A stretch of 64,000 bases of DNA, taken from the NCBI GenBank assembly GCA_027604505.1, contig JADIIX010000019.1:124001-188000 (forward strand). The letters run 5' to 3'. A model generated the notes under the pieces. It did not search any database. It had not been told where the DNA came from and was given only the letters and a program-made list of their open reading frames with translations. The translations under genes and the position numbers were made by a program. Positions 50,525 to 62,269 of this stretch are shown here, in pieces. Origin of the DNA: Gonapodya sp. JEL0774 (lineage: Eukaryota). How positions within the stretch are numbered: the stretch's first letter is position 1; each line of letters starts with the position of its first letter.

Positions 50525-51983
50525 ATGACATCCACCACGACCTCTTCCAGTAGCAAAAAACTCAACAATATCACAAAACTATCTATCACCAAAAAATCTC
50601 GATCGTCTGGAACGACACGGACCCGAAATCGGAAAACGTCAACGAGAACCAGATCGTCTATTCTAACAACAGGAGATTCCACCGCCGTGGGCGATGGAGC
50701 GTTAGAGACCCATGCCGCGCTGATCTCTATGCAGAATGGCCTACAGGCTTCAATGGACACGGCTATTTTAGTCGAGCCGGCTTCCCAATCTGTTCTACGT
50801 GGTACCCCGGAGTCTTCGATTGGACTCCCGGCTGCTGCGACTGCGAAGTCAGCGGACGGTGGTGCAATCAACTCACGGACTTTAAGTAGGCACGATCACA
50901 CAGCCAGTTCAGCCACTTCGAAACCATTGAGCGTTACGCTCATTGGTGCAGTTGCCCTGGAAACAACAAAATCTCTTGATTATTCGAGTTCGGAAACTGA
51001 TATTGCCGAGAACACGCTAGCGCAAGCGTGAGCTTTTCTTTCTGCTTTGTGATATGGTTTGCATGATGATTAAAGCTTGCCCAATGCTTATAGCAACACA
51101 TCTACAGTGTCACCGAACGGTCTCAGCACAACCGCCATTCTTGGCATGTCTGCTCTCCTTGGTGTTCTCGTTATTGGCTTCCTCACTGGCTTCATCATTA
51201 TCCGTGTGCGCCGGCGGACAGCCAAAGTCCAGGAGGACGAGAAGGATGCAACCCAAACCTCCAAACTCGCCACTGCACATCCCCAATTTTCTCCCGCTCC
51301 ACCATTATCGACCGACTTTGCGAGTGAGCTCGCACAATTTCAGCAACCGCCGGCCTTGAGCTTACATGCCAACTCCGAGGAGCGGAGAAGGTCCATCTCT
51401 GCAGCTATCCTAGCAGCTGCACAAAGGAGCAGTCGATACTCAAATACCTCCCAAGCGACAAATAGTCCAGTGTCCCTCTCACGGGGACCCTATCTCTTGC
51501 CAGAGTTATCTCTTGAAACACCAACCGGCGCGTCCGCGTTGATACTGTGAGTCTCAACAGGCGATCGATGAGGAGTCGCACACTTCGTAGCGCTCACAAA
51601 AACGAAGTTTCAATTTGAATCTCATTAACGCCGTATTTCATTTGCTTCCCACTCCCTATTTTGAATACTGTAGCACCGGCATTGTTATCGATCACTTTGT
51701 CCCTACTACGGAAGATGAAATCGAGCTTCACTCCGGTGATCGGGTCTACATTTTCTTCCAGTACGAGGACGGTTGGATGCTCGGCCTCATTGATGGCACA
51801 TCTGACATGGGCTTTTTCCCTGCCGTATGTGTGACGGTGAAGCGAAGAGAAGGAGGACCACGCGGCCCCCGCTCGGCACCGGCTCCGAGTGGAAGTGGGT
51901 CAATAAGACCTAGAACTTCGTCGAGGGAGGATGGATCGATGCTTTCTTTCTGGCGAGGGCTTGATACCACCCTGTGGAGTTGA
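50525..51983 (+). CDS. Single-pass membrane protein with Ser/Thr-rich N-terminus and C-terminal SH3 domain
   Basis: TM AILGMSALLGVLVIGFLTGFIII followed by RVRRR. SH3 HFVPTTEDEIELHSGDRV..YEDGWMLG..GFFPAVCV. Confidence 0.8.
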
Positions 51984-52117
51984 CCGGAACGAAGGCGGAC
52001 ACACGAATGTTTCAAAATTCATATTCTGCAGTATTATTATTATTATCTGATTCCCTGGTACTTATTATACCCACACATGTAACAGTCTCATATCGACATT
52101 TCTGTTTCGACATATAA

Positions 52118-52176
52118 TGCACCAATACCGATGCACCAACACGGACTGCAACAACACAGACTGCAACAACACGATC
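52118..52176 (+). repeat. Short degenerate tandem repeat (~15 nt x4)
   Basis: tgcaccaataccga tgcaccaacacggac tgcaacaacacagac tgcaacaacacga, between convergent 3' ends. Confidence 0.7.
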
Positions 52177-52228
52177 AAGCAAAAAGTCTCTTTCTCCTCA
52201 AGTGTAAAAGAAGATTGTGGGTGGGACA

Positions 52229-52911
52229 TCACAATGAACCTTCAAATCCCCAAAATCTGCCACCTAAAATAACGATCAAACCTGCCCAGAGACCTAAATG
52301 CCCAAGAGCAATTTTCTCAAGCATCCTTTTCTGGTATGCAATGAGGAGCTCAGGTGGCATCGTCAGTCGTGGGGGCTCCGGGAGCGATGAGGATGACGGC
52401 CGAGTTTGGACAACCGAGGCCTGGATCAGATTCATATGGGCAGGTAACACCACTGTGACGTAAGAGAGCAGGAAGCTACAGAGAGCGGCTGACTCAAACA
52501 GACAACGAAAAGCACGAATTGAGAATAAGATGTACTTGCTCATTCTTCATGTGATTTTGATTCATTGGTGGGCTCACCAATCTTCGCGGCGACCCAAAAA
52601 TCGAATTTGCCGGTCCTTCTTAGTTCCAAAATCACACTCCCGACAAACACACCCCCACAACCCGGCATTATCAACAGGTAGACGGTAGGCGGTGGGGGAA
52701 CCTTAGTATAGTAGGAGACGGCAGAGCTTAGATGACCAGGTGGCAAGCCTTCTCTGAAGGATTTCGCTCGGATTGCGCGGAGAACCAATGCATAAAGCGA
52801 TGGGATGTCACGAAGTCCGTCAAGCCAGAGAACACCCAGAAGAAATCCTCCACATGAATAAATGAGAGCATCTCGCAGAGAACGAGATCGCAATGATATA
52901 AGAGGTGCCAT
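52229..52911 (-). CDS. Small four-TM membrane protein, possibly Shr3-like ER permease chaperone
   Basis: GGFLLGVLW, AVSYY, LFESAALCSFLL and IALGHLGLWAGLIVIL give four hydrophobic segments in an Shr3-like layout. One intron. Confidence 0.5.
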
Positions 52912-53155
52912 GTGAATTGTGGCTCATGTGGTGGCACAGCATTGTTGGAGAGCTTGGTGTCATACTTCATGCGAACTCGCGTTGAGAACTGATTACACCA
53001 TGAGGAAAGCAGACCCCGGGATCAGATTTCATGCAAATAAATAGAGGATATATGTCCACGCATGTAAAAACCAACATTTAAAGCTACACGAACAGAAATC
53101 ACGAAACTGAAACTATTGTTTGGCAGCATAGAGCTGCTTCCTGTCTGGACCATGT

Positions 53156-55747
53156 CTATCCTGGTTTCTTCCTCTTCTGTCCAGTTTGCACAACCTGATG
53201 AGGAATTCCCTGTATATTGTTCCTTGGTAGCGTCATGGTAACATTGGAGTTACTCGATTGTGCCCATACCGTCGGGTTCACTTGTCCCAGTATCGTCTGA
53301 GACGATTGGAACCCGCCCACCGTTCCCGCATTGCCAACCGGAAGTGCTTGTTGGGGTACTACGTGCCCTGTCATGGGAACTGGTGGGGGACCGACGCCGT
53401 ACGATTTACTTCGAGAGCCGTTGATTGGTATGGACATAACACTGCGAGAGCTCGCAGCAACATTCATGGACGCGAGGGGGGCAGTGGTTCGAGAATGAAT
53501 GTTGTGCTGAACTTGAACGGGGAGACCCATGCCGACTTGAAGAGTGACTCCGGGAGGGCCTGAGGAGTACTTCGCCTGCGAGATTGCAACGCCCTGCTGT
53601 GATTGGCGACCGGGAATATACTGAGCGACTGGGCGCGACTGCTGGCCAGGCTGGATGTGCGAGAACTGTTGAGGCATGGTGGCGACCCTGGAGCCCGACT
53701 GCTTGTAGGAACTCGGATACTGTGTAGCAGTCGTGTAGTTCGATGCGTGAACAACAAGGGGAACTTGGTAGCTCGCAAATGAGCCACTCATTTGTGGCTG
53801 ATTGGCCGAGCCGGCCGGCTGTCCAGGTTGCTGCTTGCCGGCTACCATATGATCATCAGAGGAGTCCAAAGGTGTGATTTTTCGTTTAGGGTATTCTGTA
53901 GGATGGACATCAAAAGGGCTGCAAAACCGAAAAGTAATGGCGGGTTTTCAGGCAACTTGCGAAAGAGAAGGACTATGTACGAAGCGACATTCTCACTTCA
54001 TCACTGCCAAGGGTTCTTCCTGAAAATACGGATGCTGCAGAGCTTGTTCAGCTGTGATTCGTTTATTCGGATCATACTCAAGCATCCTCGCCAGCAAGTC
54101 AAATCCGCGCTCGGAACGAAAATGCGGAGATGAATGCTGGATGACTTTGCGAAGTGTTGCAGGGTAACTTGATAAGAACACACAGGTGCACGGAAATGAG
54201 AAACTCTTTCGCGAGGGTCGAGATTGAGCCGCTATGGTGTCTGGATGCTTACTTCGGAAAACCGGCCAAATTGTGAAACTCTGGCATCCACTCCATTCCC
54301 TTCCAAACAGGCTGGGCTCTCTCCCCTGCTACTCCACTCAGTCCCGGGAGCCCGTTTCCTTGCGGATGCGGATGTGCAACGGGGGTACCAAGAACCTCAA
54401 ATATCTTGAGCAGTTGATGTCTTTGAAATGGTATGTTCTTCTTCGAGTCCATCTTAGCCTCTTCACCTTTAAAGAGGGGACGGAGAATAAGAAGCTCTGC
54501 GAAGATACAGCCAATTGCCCACATATCTGATAGATTGTTGAGACTCACTAAGTATCCGCGGGCAACGCAAACAACAACTCACCGACCGCTTTTGTATAGT
54601 GACGAGCACCCAAAAGAAGTTCCGGTGAGCGATACCAAATCGTGACAACAACTTTATCACCGGAGAACAAAGGAAGTAGGGGTTGTAGGAAAAGACGGGC
54701 AAGGCCGAGGTCACCGATTTTGACTGTTCCTGCAGGGGTGAGAAGAATGTTCTGGGACGGAGAGTGATTGGGCACAGTGTCAAGCAGTCATGACGTTGTG
54801 GAGAACTAAATAAGTTGAAATTGGAAGCGAATGAAGGCTTTACAAACACTCACAGCAGGCTTTAGATCACGGTGGAGGACCCAGTTGGCATGGAGGTACG
54901 CGACACCATTAATCAGCTGATACAGCAGAGATTTTACGATGACCTCGGACACCGGTTTGCGTTCAGTGTGCCCGTGGTGGTGAAGTATTTGCTATCAAAA
55001 TCAAGGTGAGGTGAACATGATGTGGGGACAACTGAAACCGAGGAGAGAGGGTCGAGTAAGTCGGACTTGGTCGACGTACTTCCCCCAATCTAATCCACGA
55101 CAGTCTTTTGTAGCATCGTCACAATTACAAACTGTCTTTGAGTACAGAATGCAATGGAATTCTCCTCTTGCTCTGCTGTTTGTCTGGCCACCAGTGACTC
55201 ACCAACAAATCGTGCTCCGCGTAATCGAAAATCATATAGATTGACCTATCAGCAGGGTCAATCATGACTTCCTCTAGCGAGACAACATTCTCGTGCCTAA
55301 GTTCTCGGCACAGCTGTCCGAGAAGTGGAGTTCACATCGTAACAAAATATCAAAGGCAGAGCGTTCGTTTGTGAACCGAATCATCAACCAAGCGCCGCTG
55401 AAGACTCACAGCAATCTCACGGCACGCTGATTGAGAAAACGCGGATGCCTGCGGGTCGAAATCTTTCTCGGGTTTAAACTTCTTGATGGCAACGTCCTTG
55501 CCTCTGTCCAGACGATCCCACAAATCATTGGTTTTTGAGAGAATTGAAATGCAATTAGCAAAGACTCCTGCCTTTCAGGTCTTTGTCTCTGTTTCTGACT
55601 TCAGTTTCTTAGCAACACTCACGTTGCAATCTGAACAGCTCGGTAGACTTTTCCGTACGTCCCGGACGATATGAATCCTGATATTTTGTACCGGGAGTCG
55701 ATACGGGTACGTGTTGCGTCTTTTTGTCTCTTGTACTCCACGTCCAT
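53156..55747 (-). CDS. CDK8: CDK8/Srb10/Ssn3 Mediator kinase with Q/P-rich C-terminal tail
   Basis: [105 protein letters not shown]. Tail ends KRKKPG*. Confidence 0.95.
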
Positions 55748-55953
55748 CGTTCCATGAACTTCAAATTTGGAGTTAGCAAGCTGTGAAAGAGGCTGTAAAC
55801 AAACTGTCATTATGATCCCATTCAAGCCTCAAGCAACGTCAATTATACACATAATATTGATAAATACTGTATGCGAGAGATTATTTGAGGTAGTAGTGCA
55901 GCCATCAGTGGAATAAATTACCTTCAACGCGAGTTCCAGAGAGCTAACCTTCA

Positions 55954-58900
55954 TCAAGACAAAATATGCATGTTGTGCCCATTCCACGGTGAGGAAACAT
56001 CAACCGACATACTCATCCTCGCCGTCTTCGTCTTTGAGCTATGAAGCCGAGGTGATGTTGGTTCGTCATATTCATCATTGTCATTGTCATGCCCAACCTT
56101 AACATCGGCTGCCCGTGTACCACCTCCAGCGTTCCCGATAACAACCGAAGCGACAGCCTTAACCACTCGCCCCACGCCCCATCTTTGGTCCCGCGATCTG
56201 GATCGGCCATTCATCGCAGTTTCAGATATGGGTGGTGGCTCAAGCGTTGCCGGGGAGCTTCCAGAGTTCGTTCGGAACAATGAACGACCACGCTGTTCCA
56301 GTAGTGTAACTCCATTCGACTTTGAAAGTTTCCCATCGAGAACTGCTGGGTGTGATGCAGCACCAAACAGGGGATCACCTTGGGCATTCAATCCAGCAGA
56401 ACCCTCTGCAACGACTAAATCTGCCTTCTTTCGCGTGGGAGAAGGAGATCGGGACTTTTGGAATCTCTTCCAGAACTTGGGTCGTCGTCTTCGTCCTGAT
56501 CTTTCCACTTCAGCCTGATCGACATCTCTGCCAGCATAACTAGTCTCATGAGCGATTCCTCCTTCCATGCGCTGTACTAATAGCACATCACGCCCCCCGA
56601 TCGAAGTTCGTAACTGCTCGGGAGCCTTAACTGCTGTATCCATCCCATGGGTATCTCCACTAGATGCTGGAGTCCAACCCCATGGAATGCCCCAAGTTTT
56701 TGTGCCACCAGTTCCTCTACTCCTCCCTCTCCTTCTGGGTTCAGCTTCTCGATCACTATCGGCCTCACTTTCGCTCCATTCCACGTCGCTCTCTGAGCGA
56801 ACTCGGAAACTGTCTAAGAGTCCCGTCCCCATCCGTGTCAAAGAATGGGCCCGCGGTGGTAGATTTACAAATGTGGAGCGACTGACAGGTGTATCAGGAC
56901 GGGAAGTCACAGATGGAGCCTCGGGAAATTGTGGAGGGAACAATTCGCTACGAGGTGACAAGCGCTGGTCACCCTCCGATGTGGCGGAATTGTTGGGAGA
57001 TTGTGGGTATTGTGGAACCAACATGCTGGAGCGGGGTGACAGTAGCTGGTCACGTTCAGGTCTGTTCGATGTTGCGGTACTCACTTCGGAGAATGGGAAC
57101 ATTGAATAAACATTAGCTCCCCCATCCAAAGATGATACCTCAGACTGGGACCCGAAACGAGCATGAGTCTTTGTCAAGGAGTCCTTCCGTTCTGGAAGGT
57201 GCGTGTTCATAGTTGGCGATGTAGGCACCTCAGTCAAAGAAGGGGAGACGATTCTGGTCTTTGATGAGTGGACGCCGTATCCCGCGAGGAGAGCAGTGAA
57301 GTCAGCATACTGTCGCCGAATGGCCGACTTTCCTCCTCCGTCGCCAGTGCGCAGCTCATGGAGTCCAGTACTACCCGTCGGACTCGATGGCGTCGTATTC
57401 GCTGTGTATTGGGAATCCTTGGTCTGAGCAGACGACGAGGTCGACGATATAGCTGATTCATCATCTTTAACCGCCTTTGATGCATGATGTCGGTCTCTCG
57501 AGGATGCCGCTGAGGTATTCTGTGATGCAGATAACATGGCGGAGAACTCCCCATACGGAGAAACCACCGAAAGCCTGTTATTCTCATCCCTTTCAGCTGC
57601 AATGGCGACTGCTGCGCCATCAAAAACTCCCGATCGTCGGTTCCCCATTGCAGACGTCGGGAAATCTTGCAAGCCAGGCACAGCGAGGGTTGATTGAGAC
57701 AACAATTGAGATATTCGCCACGTGGAGGACGCAGCAACCGGGGATAACCCCACTGGAGATGGAGGAGCCAGAGACGGAGGACGCGGTGTGCGAGATCTTG
57801 AGTGAGATCGCCCAACTACAGGTGAAGGAGGCGGGGTGAAGTCTTGGCTGCCTGGTGATGGGGAGCGAAACATCCCGAATGGTGACGCCGCAACCAACAT
57901 TGACATGGAAGATCTGGGATTAGAGCTGGCAGGGCGGTGAGTATGCTCGAAATGGGTTGTGGAGGAAGGGGCAGGAGATGCAGGGCGGGAGTGCGAAGAA
58001 TTTGCGGGAGAGGACGGGCGAGACCGAGAGAAGAAACCACCGGTTTTCGGTTCTAGACGTGTAACAATTGGGTTAGGGGGATGTATACTCGATTCAACCA
58101 TTAAGGGTGTCGATAGCCATGGAGTTTTCACGAACCCACCTTGTTTTCGTTGGCCTTCAGAAGCAGACTCCTCTCTGACACTAATGCTACTCCCCAGTCC
58201 CAACGCCGCCAGCAATCTGGGAATACTCCTACTCCTTACTGGCTTGCCGCTGGGCACAGTTAAGCTCCCACTTCCAGATGGGGAGTCGCGCCCACTCCGC
58301 CGTGAGCTATGCCGGCGATGGGGGCGGGGCGGGGGTGGCCGAGGCGCTAGAGTAGGAATGGCTTCCTGGAGACCGCTAGGTGCCGGAGTAAGAAGAGCAG
58401 GAGATACAGAGACCGAATCCGTTGTCGGAGTGAGGGGTGCGAGTTGCCCTGGGGGGACTGACACTGTCCGCTTCAGGTTGGCAGCGATCGAGTTGTGCGA
58501 AAGACCACCCGGTTCCTCGTCGGATCTTTCTTTTTCTGGATCGTCTCTCTCTGTCTCTGCTTCTTTGCTTTTGCACTCCGCTTCATCCATCTGCCTCCGC
58601 GCAGCAACCTCGTCCCAGCCCTCTTCTAAGTCGCGCAATCGGTCTTCAATGGCTTCTGCAGATAATTCAAAATCTGGGACTGTTCTGTAGGTGCGATAAG
58701 TTTTCATCGAGGAAGCTGAATTGCGGCGACGGATCGTCACAGTTGTTGGCTCAGACGCAGCGGCACGTGTGATTGAAAAAGCCTCGCATCGTTGTTCCAC
58801 GACAGGTGTTTCTTTATCGGCTGGCCAAGAGGAGGAGCCCATCTCATCTACCCGCCGAATTGACCCGTCCGGGATAGGTGGAGTCACAGGCGCGTGTGGT

Positions 58901-60317
58901 GGGTCCAGGATCACTGGAGCCGCTGCGGCCGAAGGAGATGACACCACAGACATGGCTGAAACGACCACTGGACTCTGTGCGGCTGTTGTTGCCACTACCG
59001 TAGCAGGCGTGTCCAAGTTGGGTAGACACACCTTCGCGACATCCCCGGTTTGATCAGCGACCGTGCTGACTAATACAGCATCTTTCGGGAGCCCTCCCTG
59101 CGACGCGCGCAGCGAAGCCGTCGCTGTGGATCCCAACAAAACTGAACCCCCACTGCCGCGGGTCTTTGGGTCACCGAGAAGTGCTCCAAAGCCACCACCA
59201 CTAAAGCCGGATGCCGCTGACGGAACAGAAAGAGCGAAAGGCGTAACTGGTGGTGACCACGACGGGCTAGCAAGACTGGCAAACGAGTTGGCCAAAGCTG
59301 GATTTCGTAAAGGAGAATATGGGATTGGAGAGTGAGAGGTAGCGGGGAATGCAGAAGATGAAGGGTGAGTGCCGAGGGACAAGAATGGGGACGTTCCCCG
59401 GTTTATGAGGGCGGAAGTTGACGAGGCGATACGATCCTAAGGTGGAAGAATATTTACGGCTGTCAAACACACCATCACGAAAAGGAGCGGAGAGACAACA
59501 TCTGCTCTTTCTGTCTGCACTGAGAAGGTAATGTCTCGGCGTATTCTTGCTGCACTCACGTTCGCCATTCTCGCTCTAACCTCTCCCTCCAAATCACACA
59601 CCCTCCCCTCTTTCGCCGCCCTCGCAGTCTCAAGTGCAGCCCACTGATCAACCTCTTGCCGAAATTGCCTCACCCTGACCCTGAGTTCCGCCCCACGGAT
59701 GAGTTCATCATCGGCCGAATGCGAAATAGAGGCAACTGCGGATGAAAGAGTGGAAAGACGGGAGGTAATGGTCGAAGCATTGAGGGGGGGATAGTCATCG
59801 GGGAGGGGAGAGGCGGTGGATCTGAATATAACAAAGGGGCCTTGAGAAGTTGTCGGCTGAAAGTACGGTGATACATCACGGACTGGTCCATAACTCCGTC
59901 CCAACGACTCCATGATAGCGTCGCTTTATTGGTAGTGCAATTTTCTGTTCTTCAGCTTGCGCCCGACACCTCCGTCCGAGGTTCAGCCAAAAATCGGAAG
60001 GAACTGGTGTTGCCAAAGTTGGCTCACACTCATTCCCAGTTTTTCCTAGCAATTGTGTCGTCCATTTTGTCACACTAACTGGTCTGATTCTCTCCAACTT
60101 CGAAGAAACCTACACTCCGAGCTTACCTGCGCATCCCCGACTCTTCAAGTGTCTGCATCCTGATCGGCACATAAGGATCCACTGGAATTCCACTTGCATA
60201 GACGCTCCTACTTATCACGCTCCCAAAACTTGTCACGGAGTTCGCAGTGAGTGATCTTTTCACCCCCCTATCTGGAGAGAGCGATACGGAGCTTGGTGGC
60301 ACTTCCTCAGACTGCAT
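55954..60317 (-). CDS. Large Ser/Pro-rich, largely disordered hypothetical protein
   Basis: 1142-aa ORF plus upstream in-register exons (ORFs 59437-59913 and 60123-60317) with a short coiled coil. 5' structure uncertain. Confidence 0.65.
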
Positions 60318-60412
60318 CTCCCAATGGCCGGCCTTCGCTCCTGGATGGCAAGTCTGATGTAGAATTTTCAACCAAGGTTTCGGCAACCATATCATCCTTG
60401 TGGTGTGGCGGC

Positions 60413-60967
60413 ATGACCATAGTCGCATCCCCTTTTATACATAAATCCATTCACGGAATACACCTATCGGCGACTACGTGCGAGCAACATCTTAAGGCAA
60501 AGGCAAAGTTTCCAACGCAGCTGCTTGCGGAACTGTTGGGTGTGTCTCCAAAGACCCTGTGCAGATGGATCACATCTCTAGGAGTTCGCAACTTACCTAC
60601 TAAAAGGCCGAAAACAGAAGTACGCTGCGGACTTGGAGTTTTAGATTTGCCGGGGATTGAAATTATACCCGCGAGGCCTTCAAGGCGGAAGGGAGCAGGG
60701 GAGACTCCATTTGAATTCAATATGTGGGTTGAGTTCGAACAGGCATTTAGCTTCAAAATTTACAGGAATACAATAGAATGTAGTAATGGAAAAGATTTTT
60801 GGATGATTGGAGTGTTTACCTCATGGAGGCTGAAGTGTGAATGGTTGTCCACAAAAACTCGGAGCAGGTCCACCACTAGAGAAGGGAAACATTTGTACCG
60901 CATTCCTTCCACCCAACCAGCAACAGACTCTTCAGCAACCCCCTTCACATTGATATGCAGAACCTAA
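60413..60967 (+). CDS. Putative small HTH DNA-binding protein (RWP-RK-like register)
   Basis: Open frame (first ATG 60413) containing FPTQLLAELLGVSPKTLCRWITSLGVRNLPTKR. Confidence 0.4.
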   Translation: MTIVASPFIHKSIHGIHLSATTCEQHLKAKAKFPTQLLAELLGVSPKTLCRWITSLGVRNLPTKRPKTEVRCGLGVLDLPGIEIIPARPSRRKGAGETPFEFNMWVEFEQAFSFKIYRNTIECSNGKDFWMIGVFTSWRLKCEWLSTKTRSRSTTREGKHLYRIPSTQPATDSSATPFTLICRT

Positions 60968-61090
60968 CCCTCACACTCTCACATAAGTTTTCATTCTCCT
61001 GGTCAACGTGGTAAAAGTAATATACCACAGCAAAAAAGTGACAATATAAGTACTCCTGCCTCAAGCTTGATCCCCTCCTGGCCCACCGTT

Positions 61091-62165
61091 TCAATTGCCC
61101 CTTGTCATGATCCACTTTGCGCCACCGTAGGTTGAAACGGCCTCCCACTCCAAAACCTCGAGCATAGCCACTTCGGCAGCGCCAGAGCCCGGCGGGAGGA
61201 CGTACTCGATGAATATGTAGGGTTCGGCTTTGAGCTCCGATTCCGGTGTGTGTGGTGCAGGTGGTGCAACGGAAGTCTCGGCTGATGTGGGAGAATGTTC
61301 GTGTTGAGGGTTCCCTGAGTCGGTGGAAGGAGCAGGAGCAGTAGTGGGGAGGGAAAGACGGATGGATGTGCGAAAGGCAGTAGCATCGACGTGGTCGAGG
61401 CGGCGTTCCATGAAGAAGCAGGCACCGGTGACGAGGTCGAAGTCGTAGCTGTGGAGGGGGCAGCGGATAGCTGGCACCGCGATGAGGACATGAAAGCGGA
61501 GACGATTGCATAGAACCATTTATGAGCGACGCAGCAAGTGCGATATGGCGAAGATGAGGGTGGAAACTTCAGTCTCAACAGGCCCACCATCCCTTTTCCC
61601 TGAAGAACACGGAAAGTGCCAAACACTTACCGGGCCGCCCATCTGTCGTCTTCAGTTCCTCGATATCACCCAACTCGAGCGGCCCTCCCATGTGCGGGCA
61701 TGAGGCTTGCACTGCGAACACGTCCACTCCCAAGTCCCTCAGATCGTTTTCGGGAACGAGGACTCGCTCAGGAACCACATTTTCCGCAGAAACCTCTTCT
61801 AGCCGCTGTCTCACTTTCTCAACGATAGCATCTACAGCCTTGTTGATTCTATCCTTACCACCCTTCTTTTTCGCTACTTCCAGTTCGGGGATGGGTCTTG
61901 CAACGACAGCGAGTTCTCTGCGTTTCGGTTCAGCGAGTGATTCACCACCTGCAGACGCATACTTTTTAGCAAGAGCGAGGTCGCGTGCGGATGGGGGACA
62001 AAGAAGGGGAAGGAGAGCACGGGCCGTTGGCTGGGAGAGAAGAGTTCGAAGAGGAAGCGATTGTAGCCAGATGGCAATAGGCGGTGACTGGGGCGTGACT
62101 GCCGATTCCGATTGGGGGAGACGCGATTCTGCTGCTGCGGGTGAAGATGGAGGAGAATCCGCCAT
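61091..62165 (-). CDS. Rieske [2Fe-2S] domain protein
   Basis: VFAVQASCPHMGGPLELGDIE and, after one intron, IRCPLHSYDFDLVTG, giving both Rieske boxes (CxH and CxxH). Confidence 0.85.
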
Positions 62166-62269
62166 CAAAAAGTCTGAAAATATAGTCTATTTTGGTTCCG
62201 GAATGCCTGCTGTGTCAATGGGCAGGCAGCTGACAACACAGCGTTCCAATATACCAAATCCAAAACACT

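Noticed and set aside
14545..55747. MED18 and CDK8, two Mediator components, in one window
   Set aside because: They are about 37 kb apart with many unrelated genes between, so coincidence is the simpler explanation.
56078..59335. Many long plus-strand ORFs opposite the 1142-aa ORF (similarly opposite 20933-25360)
   Set aside because: Antisense shadows of Ser/Pro-rich, stop-poor coding sequence.
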